In this document: positions 27,839 to 34,851 of the stretch, piece by piece
Position numbering within the stretch: position 1 is the first letter of the stretch
Layout: every line of letters starts with the position of its first letter
Assembly (NCBI GenBank): GCA_044225365.1
Contig: JBGAIQ010000057.1
Coordinates: 1 to 34,851 of the forward strand
Source of the DNA: Planctomycetota bacterium
Lineage (GTDB): Bacteria; Planctomycetota; B15-G4; JADJEK01
DNA length: 34,851 bases
Direction of reading: 5' to 3'
Translations under genes and position numbers: made by a program
The notes under the pieces: generated by a model
Told to the model about the DNA's origin: nothing
Database searches by the model: none
What the model saw: the letters and a program-made list of their open reading frames with translations, nothing else

Positions 27839-29152
27839 TCAGAGCGTCGCGCTCAGGATCGTGACGTGCGCGGAGGTCGTGAGCGTACTGACGCCCGTCG
27901 ACGACAGGAGCATGGCCTGCAGCTCCACGCTCGCGCCCAGGATTCCGGGCGGAAGGAAGGGGACCGTCAGCGAAACTGCCAGCGTGCCGATCGGCGGGAT
28001 CGACCCGACGGAGAGCGGCCCGACCAGTGGGGAGGCGAGCAGGAATTCGCCGCGAAGGCTCGGGACGAAGACGCTCCCCATCGACGGGGAGAGCATCAGG
28101 TATGCGGCATCGCCCGCCTGACCGGCGAAGACGAACGGCGCGGTCTGACCTTCGCGGAGCAGACGCGGCGCACCAAAGCCCTTGCTCGTGCCCGGCAGCA
28201 CGCTGTTGGGACCGACGATGGCAGGGTACGCGCCGTCGCACCCGAAGAGGTTGCAGCCACCCGTGCCGCCGAGGAACTCACAATCGAGCGTGCGTACGGT
28301 GGTGCTCCCCGCGGAATACAGACCGGATCCGCCCCCGCCGGTGATGGGGACACCGAAGTAATCCCAGGCATCGCCGCCCTTCGTCTTGCCGTCGAAGACC
28401 ACGTTCGATGCGAAGAGCTCGGAGTGGAGGACTGCGCCCGCGGTCGTCGTGAGACGGCACCCGTCTCCCGCGTTGCCGCCGTAGTACCAGGCCGTTCCCC
28501 CGTCGCCGCCTTTCAGCGTCGAATCGTAGATCGTGACGTGCGAATCGATCGCGTCGAGCCCGTGCCCACCGACGCCGCCGGCGAGGGGTTCGCCGTCGCA
28601 CTGCGGGAACGCGAAGAGGTTCATCGCCTTTCCGCCGCGAAGGTCGCAAAGCAGGATCGCGACGTCGGCGCAGTTCTGAGTCCGCACGGCGGAGAATGCG
28701 TCCTTCTCGCCGATCACCGCGCAGTTGACGAGAGGCCCGCCGTCGAGGCCGCGGATCGTGCACGCCTCGACGCGAACATGGCCGGCGCAGTTCGCGATTT
28801 CGAGTGCACGGCCGTCGACCGGCGCGCCTCCCGCCTGGCCCTGCATCAGCAGCCGGACGAGCGCGACGTTCGATCCCGCGGGGACGTTCTTGATCGTGAC
28901 GACTCCCGTCGTCGCCACGTTCGCGCCCGAATCGGCCACCACGGTGACGCCGTGGCCATCGATCGTGAAAGCGGCGTACATGCCAGTCTTCACGAGCACG
29001 ACATCGCCGTTCGTGCTGGCATTGACCGCCGATTGGATCGTTGGAAATGCGCCGGGTCCGACGGTGAAGACCGCGCCATCTGCCGCCGCGGCAGCGAGCG
29101 TCATCACTCCGAGAATTCGAAACACGTGGGGGATCGCCCGATGATTCGCCAT
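27839..29152 (-). CDS. Secreted Gly-rich, probably beta-helix (pectin-lyase-like) protein with C-terminal beta-sandwich
   Basis: GAGGAG before ATG 29152; signal peptide; FPTIQSAVNA..GDVVLVKTG.Y N-cap; TACAAT upstream. Confidence 0.8.
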   Translation of the reverse strand: MANHRAIPHVFRILGVMTLAAAAADGAVFTVGPGAFPTIQSAVNASTNGDVVLVKTGMYAAFTIDGHGVTVVADSGANVATTGVVTIKNVPAGSNVALVRLLMQGQAGGAPVDGRALEIANCAGHVRVEACTIRGLDGGPLVNCAVIGEKDAFSAVRTQNCADVAILLCDLRGGKAMNLFAFPQCDGEPLAGGVGGHGLDAIDSHVTIYDSTLKGGDGGTAWYYGGNAGDGCRLTTTAGAVLHSELFASNVVFDGKTKGGDAWDYFGVPITGGGGSGLYSAGSTTVRTLDCEFLGGTGGCNLFGCDGAYPAIVGPNSVLPGTSKGFGAPRLLREGQTAPFVFAGQAGDAAYLMLSPSMGSVFVPSLRGEFLLASPLVGPLSVGSIPPIGTLAVSLTVPFLPPGILGASVELQAMLLSSTGVSTLTTSAHVTILSATL

Positions 29153-29292
29153 GTTCTCTCCTCTGTACTTTCCTTCCACGAAAGCGACGGGCGCATTGTA
29201 TCGCACGGCGCCTCTCCCGAATTCGCCCGGATCCGCCGCGATTTCGTTTCACCTGGCGAGCGCAGCCCCGCTGCGGCCCGACGACCGACTCG

Positions 29293-30459
29293 TCAAAGGG
29301 CTCGTCTCAGGAAGTCGCGACCGGTCTCGAGCTTCGTCGTGCCGTCGGGAGACACGAACAGGCATGCCGCCATCAAGGAACGCGAGATGCGATCGAGCGG
29401 GTGCCTCGGATCGGTCGCCCTCGCCCCGACGATTCGCAATGCTCCGTGGACGATCGTCGGAAGCACGGTGGAGACGACGTGACTCGCGGCCGCAGCGGCT
29501 GCGACCGCGCGCTCCACGATGAAGCCGTCTCCCTCGGTCTCGAGCGCGGTCGCGACCAGAGCCGCGGCTTCGGTCGTCGACAGCGTCGCGCTCCGCTCGT
29601 CGAGCACGAGTCCGCCGAGGAGCCCGATCGATGCGTCGCGATCGAAGCCGCGAGCCTCGGTGGACATCGCATGGATGAAGGCGCGAGCTTCCTCGAGCGT
29701 GCGCTGCGCGGCGCCGAGGCACGCCGCCGCGCCGAACACGTCGCGTAGCGCGCCGTGCAGTCTCAGGAGCCGCCGGCCATGTCCCGGCTCGAGCGAGGCG
29801 AGGATCGCGGAATCCTCGACCGGCAAGCGGCGCAGGAACACGTCGCGGGCCCGCGAATCGACGAGCGGCAAGGCTGCATCGTCGGGTCGCGGCGAGAACG
29901 CGATGTGCGGATTGCGCCGCATGCGGACCATGAAGACGACATGGCCATGGGTCGGATGCAGCCCGGGGATGAGGAGCAGATCCGCCGCGTCGGCGAGGAG
30001 GAGGGCACGGCACGAGCCATAGGCGCGCACGCATCCGCTCTCGTCCGTGAGTTTGACGTTGCGGTCGATCGAATGGTGCTCTCGCGAGAGGTGGGCATCA
30101 GCCACGAGCGCCCGGCGCTCGGAGATCTCGCGGGCGAGTTCGGCACGGGCTTCGATGAACGGCGAATCGCCGCGAGCGCCGTGCAGCACGGCGACGGTCG
30201 CAGCGAGGTGCGCAGCGATCCCGAGCGACAGCGGCAGATTCGCACCGCCGCACAGGAACAAGTCGTCGAACGCCGCTTCGAGCACTCTCCCGCTCGGCGC
30301 GGCCGACGTGGCGTAGGCGAGGAGGGGCAGCGACGGGACCGATCGGAGCGCGGCGAGGAGATCACCGGCTCGGCGCGCGGGATCGACGGATTCGAGCGAA
30401 TCGATCACCGCTCGGAGCGAGGCGTGGAAGTCCGGCAGTTCGTCGTGCCGCAGAATCAT
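29293..30459 (-). CDS. Divergent acyl-CoA dehydrogenase-fold protein
   Basis: GGAGA before ATG 30459. Remnant motifs: GSCRALLLADAAD, AAACLGAAQRTLEEA, ALRIVGA....HPLDRISR. Confidence 0.6.
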   Translation of the reverse strand: MILRHDELPDFHASLRAVIDSLESVDPARRAGDLLAALRSVPSLPLLAYATSAAPSGRVLEAAFDDLFLCGGANLPLSLGIAAHLAATVAVLHGARGDSPFIEARAELAREISERRALVADAHLSREHHSIDRNVKLTDESGCVRAYGSCRALLLADAADLLLIPGLHPTHGHVVFMVRMRRNPHIAFSPRPDDAALPLVDSRARDVFLRRLPVEDSAILASLEPGHGRRLLRLHGALRDVFGAAACLGAAQRTLEEARAFIHAMSTEARGFDRDASIGLLGGLVLDERSATLSTTEAAALVATALETEGDGFIVERAVAAAAAASHVVSTVLPTIVHGALRIVGARATDPRHPLDRISRSLMAACLFVSPDGTTKLETGRDFLRRAL

Positions 30460-30496
30460 GGTGTCTCCGAGCGGGATCTCACGCGAGTTGAAAAGC

Positions 30497-30513
30497 ACTT
30501 TGTATCACAAAGT
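30497..30513. promoter_or_regulatory. Palindromic operator ACTTTG-N5-CAAAGT
   Basis: AT-rich perfect 6-bp inverted repeat between the winged-helix gene and the ACAD-like gene. Confidence 0.7.
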
Positions 30514-30556
30514 TTAGAGCCAGGCAATTCGTGTCGTGTTTTCGAGGCTCTCGAAA

Positions 30557-30934
30557 TCAGCCGGAGCGGCGGACGCTCTTGATCAGGGATTCCATGTGCT
30601 CGAGGTAGCGCTCGAGCGTCTTCTTTCCCTTGGCCGTGATCTTGTATTCGCTACGCGGCATGCGTCCCACGAAGGACTTCGCGCACTGGATCAGCCCGCC
30701 TTCTTCGAGCTTGCGGGCATGGACCGAGAGATTGCCGTCCGTGATGTCGAGCATGTCCTTGAGCTCCGAGAAGCTCATGGACGAATTCACGGCGAGAGCT
30801 GAGACGATCGCAAGGCGAAGCCGCTCATGGATGAGCAGCGACTCCGGACTGTGTTCCGTCAGGCCCGCGATCTTCCGAAGTTGCGGGCTGCGCCTTTCGT
30901 CGCGTTCGTGTTGGGCAGCGGTCGCTTTTGCCAT
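30557..30934 (-). CDS. Winged-helix transcriptional regulator (HTH_34 / ArsR-MarR-like)
   Basis: LIHERLRLAIVSAL, FSELK, TDGNLSVHARKLEEGG, K.F.GR.P.S.Y.IT.KG. Confidence 0.92.
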   Translation of the reverse strand: MAKATAAQHERDERRSPQLRKIAGLTEHSPESLLIHERLRLAIVSALAVNSSMSFSELKDMLDITDGNLSVHARKLEEGGLIQCAKSFVGRMPRSEYKITAKGKKTLERYLEHMESLIKSVRRSG

Positions 30935-30935
30935 T

Positions 30936-31538
30936 TCATCCTCCGTAACGGCTTGTGATGACGATGCCGAAGATCACCTGAACGATGCCGAATCCCGCGA
31001 GCATGAGTCCACCGCCCCAGGACGAGGGCAAGAGGAGCGCCGCGGTGCCGAGTAGAAAGAAACACCCGCCCATGAGGACGACGGGTCGAATCGCGAAGGC
31101 TCCGCCGGTCAAGATCCCTACTCCATAGAGCAGGAGCCATATGCCGGGGAGCATGGAATGAAGGCCCGCATGCGCGAGGACGAACGTGAGTAGTCCAGCC
31201 GCAGCGAACGGAGGGAGGAGTGCGACGAGGAATCGACGCCCAGGTCCCGAGAGCAGCGCGATCCCCGCGCGGCGCGCTTTGACGATCATGCACACGACGC
31301 CATTGGTCGCTGCGACCGCGGCGCAGGCAACCCATATCGCGAGCCAGTGATCCGCATTCGCACGGATCGCATCGCTGCGAGTGACGAGGTAGGCCAGCCC
31401 TGCGAGCAGACCGTTGACCACGAGCCCGATCCCCGGAACCGCGGTGAACGCGGTGGCTCGCTCCATGGTCTTGCGGATGAAATCGAGATCGCTCTGCGCG
31501 CGCTGGTAAACCGATCCGATCCGAAGCGTCGGTTCCAT
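30936..31538 (-). CDS. Integral membrane protein (about 6 TM), usual upstream partner of HTH_34 regulators
   Basis: DLDFIRKTMERAT..FTAVPG N-terminus, multiple hydrophobic helices, stop 1 nt before the regulator start. Confidence 0.85.
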   Translation of the reverse strand: MEPTLRIGSVYQRAQSDLDFIRKTMERATAFTAVPGIGLVVNGLLAGLAYLVTRSDAIRANADHWLAIWVACAAVAATNGVVCMIVKARRAGIALLSGPGRRFLVALLPPFAAAGLLTFVLAHAGLHSMLPGIWLLLYGVGILTGGAFAIRPVVLMGGCFFLLGTAALLLPSSWGGGLMLAGFGIVQVIFGIVITSRYGG

Positions 31539-31577
31539 GAGCCGGAGGATATCGCCGATCGATCGAATCCGGCAAGG

Positions 31578-31594
31578 ACTTTACGGGGCAGAGC
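31578..31594. promoter_or_regulatory. Degenerate second operator copy ACTTTACGGGGCAGAGC
   Basis: Same 17-bp geometry, about 40 nt upstream of the membrane protein/regulator operon. Confidence 0.4.
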
Positions 31595-31637
31595 GCGCGA
31601 ATCGTGATTTCGGACCCGAAGGTCGGTTGCGACTTCG

Positions 31638-32597
31638 TTACAGCGCCAGGATGCGGTCCATTCGGGAGAGGATGTCCTTCAGTCGGTCGCCGTTCCCGCC
31701 CGGCACCTCCGCAGACGCCCAGCCTTGGTACCCGATCTCATCGAGCGCCGCCATGACGGCCGGCCAGTTGTTGTCCCCGTCGAGCATCTCGACGTCGAAA
31801 CCCTTCCACAGTCCCTCGTCGTTGCGCTTCTTGCGGCTGAATTCCTTGAAGTCGAGCTTCAGCACGCGCTGCTTCAGGATGCGCGCCCACTGCTCCGGCC
31901 ACGCGTAGTTGACGAGGTTGCCGATATCGAGGTGCCAGCCCACCATGTCGCTGCCGAATTCGTCGACGTAGCGAGCGGCCTCTAGGGGCGAGAGCAGGAA
32001 GTTGTTCCACACGTTCTCGAACGCGATCTTGACGCCGGTCTCCTTCGCGAGCGGGAGGACCTGGCGGACCTCGGCTTGGGAACGCGTGTAGGCCTCGTCG
32101 TACCCGATCTTCTCGTTCACGACGGCCGGTACGAGGAGAACGGTCGTCGCGCCGACGCGCTTTGCGTCCTTGAGGGCGGTCTCGAGGCCGGCACGACCTT
32201 TCGCACGGATCTCGGGATTCGGATCTCCGAGCGTGTGGTTCCAGTGGACGCTGTCGACGACGCTCGGGATCAGGACTCCCGTCGCATCGCGCGCGGCGAT
32301 GATCTCGTCGATGTCGAGATCGGTGGGGCTGTCGATTTCGGTTCCGTCGTAGCCGAGCTCCTTCAAGAGCTTGAACTTCTCGAGGATCGTGCCGCCCGCG
32401 ACCATGTTGAATTTCAGAGCGCGCTTGATGTTGCGCTTCGGCTTTGCGGTCGCGGCCTTGGCGGCGTCGTCCTGAGCGAACGAACTCGAAGCGAGCATCG
32501 TGACGGCTCCCATGGCGCTCGAGGCGAGCATCGTGCGGCGGGTCATTCCCGGGTTCGAATTCGGGGGCGAGGACGGAGACGAGGCAGGCTCACTCAT
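31638..32597 (-). CDS. Tat-exported sugar phosphate isomerase/epimerase (TIM barrel)
   Basis: MTRRTML twin-arginine signal ending SFA; VLLVPA, FENVWNNFLLSP, DIGN, KEFS, SAEV. Start may instead be 32546. Confidence 0.9.
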   Translation of the reverse strand: MSEPASSPSSPPNSNPGMTRRTMLASSAMGAVTMLASSSFAQDDAAKAATAKPKRNIKRALKFNMVAGGTILEKFKLLKELGYDGTEIDSPTDLDIDEIIAARDATGVLIPSVVDSVHWNHTLGDPNPEIRAKGRAGLETALKDAKRVGATTVLLVPAVVNEKIGYDEAYTRSQAEVRQVLPLAKETGVKIAFENVWNNFLLSPLEAARYVDEFGSDMVGWHLDIGNLVNYAWPEQWARILKQRVLKLDFKEFSRKKRNDEGLWKGFDVEMLDGDNNWPAVMAALDEIGYQGWASAEVPGGNGDRLKDILSRMDRILAL

Positions 32598-33726
32598 GGC
32601 GAACGATCCAACGGAACGGTGCGGGGCCGGGACATGGTAGCGAATCGATCTGCGGGTTCCGCGGGTCGACGCCTCGATCGCCATCCCGACTCGCGGTCGC
32701 GGTCGGCGTCAGCGCCGCCCGGATCGCTCGTTCGACGTCGGCTTCCCGCGCGACCGCGAGGTCTCGTGGAACGGGAACCTGCCCGGCCGTCGTTGGCGGC
32801 GGCGCGAGGGCGATGGACCGCGGGAGTTCGCAGTCGGTCGTCGACAGGTACACGATGCGTGAATCGCGTGAGCCATCGGGTGGTTCAGTCGCTCGAACGG
32901 GCAATCGCCCGGCGCCGAGGTCGGCGAGGACTCTGATTCCATCGGCATCCTCCGCCCGCAGGAAGACGATCGCAATGGCGTCGGTGGCGATCGGGTTCAC
33001 GTCGTTCGGGGGAGTGGGACGAAGACGCAGTTTCAAACGCGACGTCGCGGCCCCCTTCCACGTCGCGATCGGGGAAACGGACCAGATCTCGCGGGTGGGC
33101 AGTCGGTCTTCCGTTTCGATCCGCTCGGTGAAGCGGACGACTCCGACCCAATCTGCGCGTCGCACGAGTTCTTCGAGCGACAACGCATGGTGAGGAGGGG
33201 GGAAGAGCAGGTCCTTCAGGACCGCGAGATCGATTCGACGGATGGAGGGGGATGGCGGTTCGAAGGAGTCGTCGATCGGCAGTTCCGGGAGGAGCCTGAT
33301 TTCGTGGACGCTCACGTCGACCTCGCGGCGAGGACCCTGCGTTCGGATCGGAAATCGTCCTTGGCCCGAATTCGAGATGGGCCGAACGAAATGAAGGTCG
33401 GAGCTCCCGAGGAACAACAGGTCGGTTTCGCCGAGTTCGGCGTTCGAACTGTCGCACAGCCAGGTTGGCGACGCTCGGAAGACGACTGTCGAACCGCATC
33501 CGAACAACGAGTTCTTCCAACGTTCGACGACCGTCGCGGTCGCGAGCCGCTCGCCGGCGTCATTCGTTGCGATCGAATCGACGTGGGCGACGACGACGAT
33601 GTCGGAATCCGCTGCGAGGCGTCGCAGGGGGAGGTCCTCGATCGAGAGGAGAGATGCCGCCGCGTGGACTTCGAACGCGGCGGTCATCAGCACGAGCCAG
33701 GCGATCCAGATCGTTCTCGATTTCAT
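32590..33726 (-). CDS. Secreted hypothetical protein with two tandem homologous domains
   Basis: Signal peptide MKSRTIWIAW..VHA. Duplicated LRRLAADSDIVVVAHV..ERWK / LEELVRRADWVGVVRF..ATWKG and GQGRFPI / GAGRLPV. ATGA overlap with the upstream stop. Confidence 0.75.
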   Translation of the reverse strand: MKSRTIWIAWLVLMTAAFEVHAAASLLSIEDLPLRRLAADSDIVVVAHVDSIATNDAGERLATATVVERWKNSLFGCGSTVVFRASPTWLCDSSNAELGETDLLFLGSSDLHFVRPISNSGQGRFPIRTQGPRREVDVSVHEIRLLPELPIDDSFEPPSPSIRRIDLAVLKDLLFPPPHHALSLEELVRRADWVGVVRFTERIETEDRLPTREIWSVSPIATWKGAATSRLKLRLRPTPPNDVNPIATDAIAIVFLRAEDADGIRVLADLGAGRLPVRATEPPDGSRDSRIVYLSTTDCELPRSIALAPPPTTAGQVPVPRDLAVAREADVERAIRAALTPTATASRDGDRGVDPRNPQIDSLPCPGPAPFRWIVRHE

Positions 33727-34270
33727 CGTCGTTCCGCGTGAATGCCGGCGACGAACGTTGGGAGATCGGCTGCGGTCGCGGCGCGAGCGAGAAGGCGATC
33801 GAGGGACTCGAGCCGTTCGATCCGGGACACGTCGCGCGAGAGTTCGTCGGGCACGGCGCCGAAGCGCGCGATCAGGACGTCGATCACGGCGCGGATGCGA
33901 GCCTCTCGCTGTCCCCGGCGGACGCCTCTCTCGATCCCCTTCTCGATCCCCTTCTCGATCCCCTTCTCGATACCGATGCGAATGCCCTTCGCGATGAGTT
34001 CCTCGCCGAGGCTCCGAACGACTTTCTCTGCGCTCATGTCGATTTCCTCTCCGACGAGCCGCGCGAAGGCGTCGAGGTCGCTCTCCGGGCTCGCTACGAG
34101 TAGCGTGTATTGTATCAGCAGTTCGAATGGGCGGTCGCCGCCCGGGGTGCGCCGAACCCGCTGCAGGAGGTCGATTCGCCGGCCGAGGCGCGCGAGGAAG
34201 TCCTTCGCACGAGACCATCGCAGGAGGAACAACGCCGCACCCGCGAGGGGGTCGCGCTCGGCGACCCAAC
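33723..34270 (-). pseudogene. 5'-truncated Rpn-family (recombination-promoting nuclease/putative transposase) gene; C-terminal ORF 34037-33723 may still be translated
   Basis: LGEELIAKGIRIGIEKGIEKGIEKGIERG..LIARFGAVP..LDRLLARAATA. No PD-(D/E)xK N-terminal domain. GGAGAGGA precedes ATG 34037. Left-right junction position is approximate. Confidence 0.75.
33930..33972. repeat. 12-bp tandem repeat encoding GIEK
   Basis: (TCTCGATCCCCT)n read directly; typical Rpn linker. Confidence 0.85.
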
Positions 34271-34491
34271 GAAGTCGGTCGCGCGGCGATCGCGCTGCTG
34301 TGCGAGGAGTATGGGTCTCCGCTCTACGGATTCGCACGTGGGCTTGGAAGGAGTCCTGAGGACGCCGCGGATGCGGTGCAAGGCTTCGTCGGCGACCTGC
34401 TCGCCCGGGAGGGCTTCGCAGTCGCGGACCACATAGGGGACGATTCCGTTCCTTCCTTTGCGGGTCGGTGACTCGCCGCAGCCAACCCTGA
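34271..34491 (+). pseudogene. Frameshifted, truncated ECF sigma factor fragment (sigma2 only)
   Basis: RAAIALLCEEYGSPLYGFARGLGRSPEDAADAVQGFVGDLL..FAVAD, then after a frameshift RGRFRSFL. No start context and no sigma4. Confidence 0.75.
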
Positions 34492-34615
34492 GCGTTTCGC
34501 CGCGCTTCGGTTTGATCGCGACGCTGGCTCTCAGCGTCGCGGCGTGGCTCACCCTTCGGAAAGTCGTGATCGCGAATCGTCGATAGTTCAATGGCGAACT
34601 CGACGGGAGCATTGG

Positions 34616-34851
34616 GCCGGGCAGAGCCCGGCGGTCCAGTCCGATCCTCTCCGCGGACCGCCAGGCTCCCCCTGGCTCTTCGACTTCCGGACCGCCAGGC
34701 TCCGCCTGGCTCTTCGACTTCCGGACCGCCAGGCTCCCCCTGGCTCTTCGACTTCCGGACCGCCAGGCTCCCCCTGGCTCTTCGACTTCCGGACCGCCAG
34801 GCTCCGCCTGGCTCTTCGGCTTCTGGACCGCCAGGCTCCGCCTGGCTCTTC
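34616..34851. repeat. 34-bp REP-like tandem array (5 full units plus 1 partial, running off the window) and one inverted variant
   Basis: Unit GGACCGCCAGGCTCCSCCTGGCTCTTCGACTTCC starts at 34655, 34689, 34723, 34757, 34791 and 34825. Internal palindrome GCCAGG-N5-CCTGGC. Inverted variant at about 34616-34637. Confidence 0.9.

Noticed and set aside
6156-29482. Long alternative ORFs (6156..7370, 12650..14206, 14429..16321, 25076..26779, 27719..29482 and similar)
   Set aside because: Arg-rich antisense or off-frame shadows of well-supported genes, as expected at high GC.
34517-34541. Perfect 10-bp hairpin CGCGACGCTG/CAGCGTCGCG
   Set aside because: No T-tract, lies in a probable gene remnant, and could arise by chance at this GC content.
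34655-34851. Possible CRISPR array
   Set aside because: Units are contiguous with no unique spacers, and no cas genes are present in the window.

Overview
High-GC window, most likely from an uncultured Planctomycetota genome (inferred from the gene families, not proven). Its core (2101-18455) is a cluster of five ~1000-aa paralogous one-component regulators: an N-terminal ECF sigma factor, one hydrophobic helix and a large extracytoplasmic region of carboxypeptidase-regulatory/Cna-B-like beta-sandwich repeats. An in-frame C-terminal remnant suggests a sixth copy. The four minus-strand copies share a promoter-like motif, G(T/G)(A/G)AC-N15-GACAAT, 7-9 nt before the ATG, and all four have a scrambled sigma4 helix-turn-helix. 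All five carry an in-frame ATG/GTG with a purine-rich, SD-like run (weak in one copy) just before the hydrophobic helix, which may give a second, signal-peptide-led product from each gene. The rest of the window holds four secreted proteins (two with FG-GAP repeats) with a similar C-terminal domain, a class IV aminotransferase and a sulfotransferase-like gene separated by an insertion, two sugar-phosphate isomerases and a Gfo/Idh/MocA oxidoreductase, a winged-helix regulator with a palindromic operator before a degenerate acyl-CoA-dehydrogenase-like gene, two Rpn-family remnants, a broken ECF gene and a 34-bp REP-like tandem array at the window end. No rRNA, tRNA, CRISPR array or intact transposase was seen.
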